Below are positions 51,700 to 63,712 of a stretch of 64,000 nt of DNA, piece by piece. The notes below the pieces were generated by a model that saw only the letters and a list, made by a program, of their open reading frames with translations, was not told the DNA's origin and made no database searches. The DNA is from Squalus acanthias (lineage: Eukaryota): NCBI GenBank assembly GCA_030390025.1, contig CM059431.1, positions 144,958,001 through 145,022,000 on the forward strand, given 5' to 3'. The first letter of the stretch is position 1, and each line of letters starts with the position of its first letter. A program made the translations under genes and the position numbers.

Positions 51700-52868
51700 G
51701 GAGAGGGATGGAGTCGATGGCTAGGGAACGGAGTTCCTGGCGGGGACTGAAGACAATGGCTTCGGTCTTGCCAACATTTAGTTGGAGGAGAGTACTGCTC
51801 ATCCAGTGCTGGATGTCGGACAATCATTATGACAATTTAGAGACAGTAGAGCTGTCGGGAGATGTGCTGGTGAGGTACAGCTGAGGTCATGAGCGTACAT
51901 GAGCCCCATCCGAAATTACATCATCATTTTTCACATACACTCCTCTCCTGACCCCTCCTCCTTTCCTAAACTGTCACACTGCTTGTCCGACACCCATTAC
52001 TGGATGAGCAGAAATTTCCTCCAACTAAATATATGGAACACCAAAGTAATTTTCGTTGGTTCCTACCACCAAGACCGTTCCCTAGCACCGGACTCCATTC
52101 CTCACCCTGGCAAATATCTGAGGCAGCTCCAGACGGTTTGTAACCCTGGTGTCATATTTGACCCCAGCATGAGCTTCCGATCACATAACCGCGCCATCAC
52201 TAAGACCGCTATTTCCACCTCTAGAACATCCCCCGACAACGATCCTGTCTCAGCTCATCTCCGGCTGACACCCTCATCCAAGCACTTCTTACCTCTAGAC
52301 CTGTCTATTCCAACGCACCTGGCCGGTCTCCCACGTTCTACTTTCTGTTAACTTGATGCCATCCAAGACGCTGCTGCCCGTCTTTTAACTCGCACTAAGC
52401 CCTGATTATACATTATCCCTGTGCTCGCTGATCAACATTGGCTCCCGGTTAAGAAACGCCTCGATTTCAAAATTCTCATCCTTGTTCCCAAATCGCTACA
52501 AGCCCTAGCCCCTCCCTATATCTGCAATCTTCTGAACCCCAACAACCCTCCAAGATATCTGTGCTTCTCCAATTCCGGCCTATTGAGCTTCGCTGATTTT
52601 ATGCGCTCAAACATTGGCGGCCGTGCCTTCAGCTACCAAAGCCCTAAGATCTGGAATTCCCTTTAAAAACCTCTCCGCCGCTCTACTTCTCTTTCCTACT
52701 TTAAAACGCACGTTAAAGCCTGCCTCTTTGATCAAGATTTTTGTTATCTGAACTAACATCTCCCAATGTGGATTAGTGTCAATTCCTGTTTGATAACACT
52801 CCTGTGAAGCGTGTAGGGAAGTTTTACTATTTTAAAGGCACTATAAAAAATCAAGTTGTTTTTGGTGT
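51700..52868 (+). mobile_element. L2-type LINE 3' part with an inverted ~200-bp 5' segment (51700-51900 on -)
   Basis: Plus strand: HYWMSRNFLQLNI, HWLPVKKRLDFKIL, GGRAFSYQSPKIWNSL, GTT-like tail. Minus strand: DIQHWMSSTLLQLNVGKTEAIVF. Confidence 0.8.
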
Positions 52869-53154
52869 TAAATGTAAGGCTACCACAAGTACCGTAGATT
52901 CACCATAATCGCTGGTGTAATTGTAGGGAACCAGGAGCACAGGACGAGCTCGTTAACCACTAGTATAAGTGTAGGGGTAACACTGGTATCGGAGAGGCAG
53001 GTACACTTCTAGTGTATGGGTAGGGTCCCACAGGTACTGAAGGAGCAAGGTCACTACTAGTGTAAATGTAGGAGTATCACTTGTACCGAAGCAGCACTGT
53101 TAATTCCAGTGTAATTGAAGTGGTACCACTAATTCAAGAGCATCATGATCACAC

Positions 53155-54760
53155 CTAGTTTAAGTGTAGCCGTACTACTTGTACCGGAGGAGCACGGTCA
53201 CCGCTAGTGTAAGTGTAGGTTACCACTAGTGTAGGAGGAGCATGGTCAACATTAGTGTTAGTGCAGATTAACACTAGTGTAGGAGGAGCATGGTCAACAT
53301 TAGTGTTAGTGCAGATTACCACTAGTGTAGGAGGAGCACGGTCAGCACCAGTGTTAATGTAGATAACCACTAGTGTAGGAGGAGCACGGTCAACACTAGT
53401 GTAAGTGTAGGTCACCACTAGTGTAGGAGGAGCATGGTCAACATTAGTGTTAGTGTAGATTACCACTAGTGTAGGAGGAGCACGGTCAACACTAGTGCAA
53501 GTGTAGGTTACCACTAGTGTAGTAGGAGCACGGTCAACACTAGTGTAAGTGTTAGTTACCACTAGTGTAGGAGTAGCACGATCAACACTAGTGTTAGTGT
53601 AGGTTAGCGCCAGTGCAGGTGGAGCACGGTCAACACTAGTGTAAGTGCAGGTTACCACTAGTGTAGTAGGAGCCCGGTCAACATTAGTGTTAGTGTAGGT
53701 CACCACTAGTGTAGGAGTAGCAAGGTCAACACTAGTGTAAGTGTAGGTTACCACTAGTGTAGGATGAGCAAAGTCAACACTAGTGTGAGTGTATATTACC
53801 ACTAGTGTAGGTGGAGCACGGTCAACACTAGTGTTAGTGTAGGTTACCACTAGTGTAGGATGAGCATGGTCAACATTAGTGTTAGTGTTAATTACCACTA
53901 GTGTAGGAGGAGCACGGTCAACACTAGTGTTAATGTAAATTACCACTAGTGTAGGAGGAGCACGATCAACACTAGTGTAAGTGTAGGTTACCACTAGTGT
54001 AGGAGGAGCACGGTCAACACTAGTGTAAGTGTAGGTTACCACTAGTGTAGGAGGAGCACGGACAACACTAGTGTAAGTGTAGGTTACCACTAGTGTAGGA
54101 GGAGCACGGTCAACACGAGTGTAATTGTAGGTTACCATTAGTGTAGGAGGAGCACGGTCAACACTAGTGTTAGTGTAGCTTACCACTAGTGTAGGAGGAG
54201 CACGGTCAACACTAGTGTAAGTGTAGGTTACCACTAGTGTAGGAGGAGCACGATCAACATTAATCTTAGTGCAGGTTACCACTAGTGTAAGAGGAGCCCG
54301 GTCAGCACTAGTGTTAGTGCAGGTTACCAGTAGTGTAGTAGAAGCACGGTCAACACTAGTGTAAGTGTAGGTTACCATTAGTGTCGGAGGAGCACGGTCA
54401 ACACTAGTGTAAGTGCAGGTTACCACTAGTGTAGGAGGAGCACGGTCAACACTAGTGTAAGTGTAGGTTACCACTAGTGTAGGAGGAGCACGGACAACAC
54501 TTGTGTAAGTGTAGGTTACCACTCGTGTCGGAGGAGCACGGTCAACACTAGTGTAAGTGTAGGTTACCACTAGTGTAGGAGGAGCACGGACAAAACTAGT
54601 GTAAGTGTAGGTTACCACTAGTGTCGGAGGAGCACGGTCAACACGAGTGTAATTGTAGGTTACCATTAGTGTAGTAGGAGCACGGTCAACACTAGTGTTA
54701 GTGTAGTGATTCCACGAGCACCAGAGGAGGACGATCACTGTAAGTGTAAGTGTAGGCATG
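53155..54760 (+). repeat. 48-bp tandem array (~32 units), GTGTAGGAGGAGCACGGTCAACACTAGTGTAAGTGTAGGTTACCACTA
   Basis: Period 48; produces the 16-aa repeat ORF on the minus strand. Confidence 0.95.
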
Positions 54761-55064
54761 CAACTAGTGAAAGCTCATCTGTAGCATAAGTGTTTGTATA
54801 ACAAGTACCAGAGGAGCAAGGTCACATAAAGTGCAAGCATAGATTTTTGAGCAGCCCGTTCACAACAAGTGGACGTTTCGGGGACCTCAATTACGGGAGG
54901 AGCCCAGTCAAACTTAATGTAAATGTATGGGTACCAATAGAACCGGAGTAGCACAGTCACCTTTAGTGTAAGTGTAGGTGTCTCACTAGTACCGGAGGGC
55001 AGTTTTCAACAATGGTGTAATTTTAGTGATACCAATATTACCAGAGGAGCTTGCACAAATCGAG

Positions 55065-57150
55065 TGTAAGTGTAGGGGTAGCAGTGGGACAGGAGGGGCT
55101 CGGTCACATCTAGTGCCAGTGTAGGGGTAGCAGTGGGACAGGAGCGGTACGGTTACATCTAGTGTCAGTGTAGGGATAACACTGGGACAGGAGGGTCACG
55201 GTCACATCTAGTATCAGTGTAGGGATAACACTGGGACAGGAGGGTCACGGTCACATCTAGTGTCAGTGTAGGGGTAATACTGGGACAGGAGAGACACGGT
55301 CACATCTAGTGTCAATGTAGGGGTAACACTGGGACAGGAGGGGCACGGTCACATCTAGTGTCAATGTAGGGGTAACACTGGGACAGGAGGGTCACGGTCA
55401 CATCTAGTGTCAATGTAGGGGTAACACTGGGACAGGAGGGGCACCGTCACATCTTCTGTAAGTTTAGGGGTATCAGTGGGACAGAAGGGGCACGGTCACA
55501 TCTTGTGTAAATGTATGGGTAACACTGGGACAGGAGGGGCACGGTCACATCTAGTGCCAGTGTAGGGATAACACTTGGACAGGAGGGACACAGTCATATC
55601 TAGTATAAGTGTAGGGTTAACACTGGGACGGGAGGGGCACGGTCACATCTAGTGTAAGTGTAGGGTTAACACTGGGTCAGGAGGGGCACGGTCACATCTA
55701 GTGTCAGTGTAGGGTAACACTGGGACAGGAGGGGCACGGTCACATCTAGTGTAAGTGTAGGGGTAACACTGGACAGGAGGGGCACGGTCACATCTAGTGT
55801 CAGTGTAGGGGTAACACTGGGACAGGAGGGACACGGTCACATCTAGTGTCAGTGTAGGGGTAACACTGGGACAGGAGGGGCACGGTCACATCTAGTGTCA
55901 GTGTAGGTTTAACACTGGGACAGGAGGGGCACGGTCACATCTAGTGTCAGTGTAGGTGTGACACTGGGACAGGAGTGGCACGGTCACATCTAGTGTCAGT
56001 GTAGGGGTAACACCGAGACAGGAGGGGCACGGTCACATCTAGTGTAAGTTTAGGGGTAACACTGGGACAGGAGGGACACGGTCACATCTAGTGTCACTGT
56101 AGGGGTGGAACTGGGACAGGAGGGGCACGGTCACAGCTAGTGTCAATGTAGGGATAACACTGAGACAGGAGGGACACGGTCACATCTAGTGTCAGTGTAG
56201 GGGTAACACTGGGAAAGGAGGGACATGGTCACATCTATTTTCAGTGTAGGTGTAACACTGGGACAGGAGGGACACGGTCACATCTAGTGTCAGTGTAGCG
56301 GTAACACGGGGACTATAGGGGCACAGTCACATCTAGTGTAAGTGCAGGGGTAACACTGCTAGAGGAGGGGCACGGTCACATCTAGTGTCAGTGTAGGTGT
56401 AACACTGGGACAGGAGGGGCACGGTCACATCTAGTGTCAGTGTAGCGGTAACACGGGGACTGTAGGGGCACAGTCACATCTAGTGTAAGTGTAGGGGTAA
56501 CACTGGGACAGGAGGGGGACGGTCACATCTAGTGTCAGTGTAGGGGTAACACTGGGACAGGAGGGACACGGTCACATCTAGTGTCAGTGTAGGGGTAACA
56601 CTGGGACAGGAGGGACACGGTCACATCTAGTGTCAGTGTAGGTGTAACACTGGGACAGGAGGGACACGGTCACATCTAGTGTAAGTGTAGGGGTAACACT
56701 GGGACAGGAGGGACACGGTCACATCTAGTGTCAGTGTAGGGGTGACACTGGGACAGGAGGGACACGGTCACATCTATTTTCAGTGTAGGTGTAACACTGA
56801 GACAGGAGGGACACGGTCACATCTAGTGTCAGTGTAGGGGTAACACTGGGACAGGAGGGACACGGTCACATCAAGTGTCAGTGTAGGGGTGACACTGGGA
56901 CAGGAGGGACACGGTCACATATAGTGTCAGTGTAGGTGTAACACTGGGACAGGAGGGACACGGTCACATCCAGTGTCAGTGTAGGGGTGACACTGGGACA
57001 GGAGGGACACGGTCACATATAGTGTCAGTGTAGGGTTAACACTGGGACAGGAGGGACACGGTCACAATTAGTGTCAGTGTAGGGGTAACACTGGGACAGG
57101 AGGGGCACGGTCACATCTAATGTAAGTTTAGGGGTATCACTGGGACAGGC
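55065..57150 (+). repeat. 49-bp tandem array (~42 units), CAGTGTAGGGGTAACACTGGGACAGGAGGG(G/A)CACGGTCACATCTAGTGT
   Basis: Period 49 (55801 to 55850). Ends ~700 bp upstream of the GPCR D ATG. Confidence 0.95.
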
Positions 57151-57693
57151 GGAGAACATGCTCATCTAGTGTAGGAGCAGATATTCCACTAGTATCGGAG
57201 GCGCACTATCAATAGCAGTGTTAGTGTAGTGCTACCACTATTACCATAGCAGCACATTCAACTCCAGTGTATTCATTGTACTAGTGCCTGAGGAGTTCGG
57301 ACACATCTAGCGTAACTGTAATGTGCCATTAGTACAGGAGGAAAACTGTCCCTCTAACATAAATGTAGGGTACCACTAGTAAAGGAGGAGCACTGTCACC
57401 TCTTAAACTGCCAGACTGGGTTCATCACCAGTATTGCAGGATGCGATTCACTACCTGTTCTGCAGGAGTTGTTGCACTAGGAATGAATCAAAGGCAGGGT
57501 CATGATAATTTTTGTCTGGGGAGCTGCCTTCACCAGGCCTGTAGTAATAGGGTCAGCACCAGCACTGGGAGATTACACTTCATACACGTAGACACTGTTT
57601 AAAATCTGCACATTTTTGAAACTCTCCAATAACAATTTCACAATATTTCTCTTAATCTGACGTATCAGATAAAAAACAACTTACCTGAGTCCA

Positions 57694-57718
57694 TGTGTTC
57701 AATGACTGTAACTAATGC
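57694..57718 (+). promoter_or_regulatory. Conserved upstream motif of GPCR D
   Basis: TGTGTTCAATGACTGTAACTAATGC, 133 nt upstream of the ATG. Confidence 0.5.
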
Positions 57719-57850
57719 TAATTATGATTTAACCTGATTGACTCGCTGGAGGATTGTTGTGTGGATAAATATAGGTTCCCTTCCATTGCCTCAGCCGTGC
57801 GCCAGTCAGAGTCCTTTAGCTCCGACAGAATTCATCCATTCTCACTGAAA

Positions 57851-59213
57851 ATGGGGCGACCAACTATTCTGCTGTCCAAAGAGATTTACTACCCGATTCT
57901 CGCGGCCGTCGGTGTCCCTGGTGAGCCATTGTAACCTGTTTTTTTGTTAATCGGGGTTAATTGTATTCATGTACATACAGCCTGTTTTAATAAGGTATTG
58001 AGTTTTCAAAGGTCAACATTACACTTAATCGGATAGCCTTACTGATGTTACCATGTTGTTTGAAGCTCCAACACAAGGATTTTAGCGGATTTCTGGACCG
58101 TCTTGATCCCCCTGCAGAGTGAGCGCTGCAAAAGCTTATTAAAATGTGTGGATGGGTTTCCCAGGTAATGGCTTCAATACTAATCCTCTTCTCACAATGC
58201 TCCGTGCAGATAATCACACTGAATGGAATGAAATGATCTTAACAGGTATCTCCATATATATTTCAATCAGACATTGGAACATTATGTCTCTCCTCTCTCT
58301 TCTTACAGCGAACTTGCTGACAATTGTGATTCTCTCCCGAAGAAACTGCGGCTTTTCCAAGTGTATCTCTGTCTACATGGTGGCCATGGCAACAGCAGAT
58401 CTACTGGTCTTGATCTTCAATGTAATAGTGTATCATATTTTCAATTATCACTTTCCACTTTCATTCCTGTACCACACTCCCGTGTGTAAGTTCATTCAAT
58501 ACATGACTGCTGTCAACCTCGATTTTTCTGTTTGGTTCACCGTCTCCTTCACATTTGACCGATTTGTAGTTATCTGCTGCCAGAAGTTTAAAGCAAAGTA
58601 TTGCAACGAGAGAACTGCGGCCGCGGTTATAACAGCGTTCACGGTCCTAATCTTTTTAAGGGGCATCCCCATTTTGTTTGCATTTGAAGCTGAACAAATA
58701 ATTACCAAGGAGCAGTGGGGCTGCCGGAACAGTGTGACTTTTGTTTCCTCACCTCCAGGTGTTGCCTACATCTGGTTTCACAGCGCCTGGGGCGTTTGGC
58801 TTCCTTTTACTGTAATTGCCTTTTTAAATTATTTGACAGTCAGACGTATTTTAGTGGCCAGCAGAGCCCGCAGGGGACTCCGGGGTCACAGAAGTGAAAA
58901 TCTGAGAGATACAGAGATGGAGAACCGAAGGAAATCCATCATTTTACTGTTCACTATATCGGGCAGTTTTATATTGTTGTGGATGACAGCTGCCGTGAGT
59001 TTTGTAACTACCAGACTGACAAACACCACCTATTATCGAGGTGACCGCACAGACCCTGGATGTATCGCCATTGAAACTTGAACAATGTTGAAGTTTTTGA
59101 GTTGCTTTCAAAACTCCTGCATTTATGTAGCGACCCAGAGGAAATTCAGAGAAGAGCTGAAGAAGGTGGTTAAATCCCCCTGGACACTCATTCTGAGATT
59201 AGTTAGAAAATGA
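57851..59213 (+). pseudogene. GPCR copy D: close paralogue of copy B with a premature stop before TM7; exon1 57851-57920, exon2 58309-59213
   Basis: Exon 1 reads MGRPTILLSKEIYYPILAAVGVP plus G|GTGAG; acceptor TCTTACAG|CG. TGA at 59079-59081 stands where A, B and C have GGA (ETG). The frame continues cleanly to the ancestral stop at 59211-59213. Exon 2 is 905 nt, identical in length to B. Confidence 0.85.
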
Positions 59214-61882
59214 GAATAAAAAGAATCAGTCAAACGAAAGCTTCCTCTTAACTAAATCTCCATTTCAACTCCTTTTTCACCGTAGAACGTCCTTCTTTCT
59301 GGTAATGTGATGAGAACTTGTGTGAACATTTCTCCATTTTGCAGCATGCGTTTGATGTCTGCAATGCTTAATTGTTCATGCTTCTTCCGTTGACTAAACA
59401 TAACATATTCCTGCAAATTTAGCACATTTCAAATTCAGGGATCAACGATAGCAATGATGCGGTTCAGGAGCGGACATGTGGGGAACAGACCTTACACTGC
59501 AGATATTGGGATCTGGCGCGGCACTTTAAAATCATCACTAAAGATTCATTCGCTGCCAAAACAATCAAAGTTCTTGCGAGCGCCGATATTTGTAACTTTC
59601 CTGGAAGTTTGGTGTGAGTATTGCACGCGCGGGTCTCTCCATCGGACTCCATTCTCATTGACAAATAGCGCGTGCTCTTGTCCCGTGATCAGTGTTAGAA
59701 TGGAGGAAACAGTCGGAACCCGGCTCAGAGATGTGCCCTTTCACCTATTTGTCCTAAATACTGACTTAAAATCTCGATTGTTCACTGACTGGTGTCTCTC
59801 ACTCAGCACAAAGATGGAGTCTGCTCTTGTTTTGTGCTGTCGATAAAAGTTTCATGAGTAATATTATTGATATTCTGTCTCAATCAGTCTCCCAAACAAA
59901 GTTGTAAAGGAATGTAAAATGAATGACTTTTCATAAAGTTATTCATTATTACAATTGTTGCAACTGATCTGTTAAAAACACTGCCAGAAATTCAGATAAA
60001 ATTCAACTAATATTCAGTATTCTGCGTTTGGATGAACATTTGCAGACGGTCAGAAAGAATCTTTGTTAATTACCATCTTATTATGTGGTTACACATTGTT
60101 GAAAATAATAATTCAAAAATACCTAAACTTTGAATCAGTTACAAATTGTTCTTCGGTGATTTCGCCTGATTGTGGGAGAAATGCCAAGGAATGGGTGAAG
60201 AGTCTCAATGGGAAGGAGTTGAAGGGTGTGGATGGACAGCGAGAGATAGGGATCCAAATATTCAATTCCTAGAACGTCCCTGAGAAAACCAACAGGAATT
60301 TGTGTTTTATAGACAGGGACATTAATCACACGAATAAACAAGTGATGATGAATCTTTACAAAATGTTGGTGAGGCCACCTTTAGAACACCAGGTAAAGCT
60401 TCGCACCCTCATTGTGGAAAGGCCATTAAATCCACTGAGGGCGGGCAGTGTAGTCACACCAGGCTGGTGCCACGGATCAGAATTATACTGGTGATGAGGG
60501 TCAAGATATTGGGACTATTTGCACTGGAGCAGCGAAAGCTAAGATGAGATTTAATAGAGATTCTAAAAATTATCAACAGTTTCGTCAGAATAAAGATGGA
60601 GAGATTATTCCATCTAGTAGGGGAGCTAGCAATAAAGGGTGTTCGACTTAAAATGGTCACAAAGGGAATGAGCAGAGAGGTTAGAAGAAACTTCTTTATG
60701 CAAAGGGTGCTGGAGCATGAATGTTTTACCTCACGGAATAGTTAGGGAAAGTTAGGAGAATATTTGAAAACGAGAAAATAATTGTCTGTGGAGAGAGAGG
60801 AGAGTGCCGATAGTTTTTCATTGCTGTCTCAAAGAACCGAGTACAGATTTAATGGGGCAAATTAATTACTCCCGCCCAGTTAATTTCTATGGTTTTATAG
60901 TTTTATCTCTGTTGTTCTCATTTTCATTTTTTAAGATACCCTCATCCCCGTTGAGCTTCTACTGAACAAAAGATTATAAATAAACTGATACCAAGGAAGA
61001 TCCCAAAGGTTCAATAGTCACTTGTACCTTACAGGTTCACATTTTACGATAAGCTACTTTTATTTTGTAATGAGCTCTCTGTGCAGTGCGAGATCTCCCA
61101 CCCATCCCATAATTCCTCACCGTTTGTAGATGTGGAACCTTGTCCGCTGCTTCGTTAAAATCAGACTGGGTCATTCCCACTGCATTTCCCCTGCCCTACA
61201 GGCCAGTGATGTGTTTCAGAAACTCCAGCAGGTTAGTTAAAGATGACACATCGTCCCTTAAACCAATATAATTCGCTTTTACATTGCTCCACTCCCAGGT
61301 GTTTAACCACTGGATCTCTCCTGGCCTCATTTTAAACACTGGGATTATTTCAGCCGCTGTCGGATCCTCAGGAGTCTTCTCTAATTGAGGAAACTTGCAG
61401 CAGTGTCAGTAAACCGTCACTCCTATCAGTCCCCATTCCTTTATCTCGAGGTATCTGGGTCCCTGGATTCCAGATTCCCATTTGATGTGGTTGAACTCTG
61501 TAACTATATTTCAAAACCCGTTGCTCTCTGTCGCTCATACAAGCACTCCTTCAATGATTCTCTTGTGTTCTATTTCGAATATTTACCAAACAGTCTTGGT
61601 TACTCCGTACTATCTACCGGCTAGATGTTTGGATAATTATAAAGCTTTTAATTTATCCTTAATATTGCTCCCTGCATTATGAATTCTACCCACGGTGTCT
61701 CCTATTTTCTTTTAAATGGATAAATACATTTTAATTCCACACTCACTAACACTGTCTTAACTACTTTCCGCTTGTGTACTCCAGCGCTGGGACATCCCAG
61801 ACCTGCACCATGGCCGGAATCTCACACGGACAGCGGGCGGATTATCGGATAATTATGGAAGGGCTTCGTTAGCTTTCAATCC

Positions 61883-63712
61883 TAAGAACAATAGAACATA
61901 AGAAATAGGAGCAGGAGTAGGCCATTTAGCACTTCGAGCCTGCTTCGCCATTCAATAAGATCATGGCTGATCTTTTACCTCATCTCCACTTTCCTGAACT
62001 ATCTCCATCTCCCTTGATTCCCTTAATATTCAAAAATCTATCGATCTCTGTCTTGAATATACTCAACGACTGAGTCTCCACAGTCATCTGGGTAGAGAAT
62101 TCCAAAGATTCACCACCCTCTGAGTGAAGAAATTTCTCCTCATCTCAGTCCTAAATGGCCGACCCTTTATTCTGAGACTGTGACCCCTGGTTCTATACTC
62201 CCCAGCCAGGGGAAACATCCTCCCTGCATTTAACCTGTCAAGCCCTGAAGAATTTTGTATATTTCAATGAGATCACCTCTCATTCTTCTAAACTCTAGAG
62301 AATATAGGCCTAGTCTACTCAATCTGTCCTCATAGGACAATCCCCCCATCCCAGGAACCAGTCTGGTGAACCTTCGTTGCTCTCCCTCTATGGCAAATGT
62401 ATCCTTCCTTAGGTAAGGAGACCAAAACTGTACACAATACTCAGGTGTGGTCTCACCAGGGCCCTATATAATTGCAGGTTTACATCTTGATTCTTAAATG
62501 TCTTAGTCCTCTTTTGCTGAATTCTAAAATCCTCCCAATCCTCAGGCTTACTACTCTTCTTGGCAGCATTAAAAGCCTCTTCCTTTGACCTAATACTATC
62601 TTTAACTTCTCTTGTTAACCACGGTTGGACCACTTTTCATGTGGAGTTTCTGTGCCTTAAGGGAATGTATATTTGTTGTAAATTATGTATTAATTCTTTA
62701 AATGCTAGCCATTGCTCGTCCACTGTCATACCTTTTAATGTATTTTCCCAATCTACATTAGCCAAATCGCCCCTCATACCTCAGTAGTTTGCTTTGTTTA
62801 GATTTAAGACCCTAGTTTCGGATTTAAATAAGTCACTTTCAAACTCAATATAAAATTCTATAATAATATTGTCACTCTTTCCTAAGTGCCCCTTTACTAC
62901 GGGGTTATCATTTAACCCTTTCTCGTTGCACAATACTAGATCTAAGTTCCTGTTCCCTGGTTGGTTCCTCAACATACTGATCTAGAAAACTATCTTACAT
63001 ACATTCCATGATTTCGTCCTCCACGCTATGACTGCAAATTTGGTTTGCGCAGTCCATATGTAGATTAAAGTCCCCCATCATTACTGTATTACCCTTGCTT
63101 GATTCGCCTCTAATTTCCTGATTTATAATCTGCCCTACATTACAACTAATGTTTGGGGACCTATAAACAACTCCCACCAATGTTTTCTGCGCCTTTCTGT
63201 TTCTTAGCTCCACCCAAACTAATTCTCGTTCTTGATTTTCAGAGCTAAGATCCTTTCTCTCTAATGTCTGCATCCCATCCTTTATTATCAGGGCTACCCC
63301 TCCTCCTTTTTCATTTTGCCTCTCCCTTCTAAATTTATGTATCCTGGAATATTTATTTCCCAACCTTGGCCACTTTGCAACACGTCTCCGTTATGGCTAT
63401 TAGATTAAACCTTTTAACTTCTATCTGCGCTATTAATTGATCTATTTTGTCGCGAATGCTTCACGCATTTAGATATAATGCCTTTATCTTGGACTTATTT
63501 CCCTTTTTCCCTGCAGTCACCTTAGTCACTGATGCCTTATTACCTTTGTTACTCTCTCTGTCCCTTCCTGACCAACTCTGTTTATTTTTACCCAAAACTC
63601 TACTCTGTTCTAGTGACTTGACATTTCACTGCTTTTAAATGTACTCTTTCTGAACTCTCCCGCCCCCGCCCACCCCCCCCCCCCCCCCCCCACCCCTGCT
63701 CCTTCATTAGTT
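61883..63712 (-). mobile_element. CR1 LINE insertion specific to the D copy, with a large internal deletion of the RT
   Basis: Tail AGAACATAAG at 61885-61900; RIQQKRTK fused to LQLYRALVRPHL at ~62485; APE fragments 62781-63480. Absent at the paralogous sites near 1222 and 21290. Confidence 0.85.
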
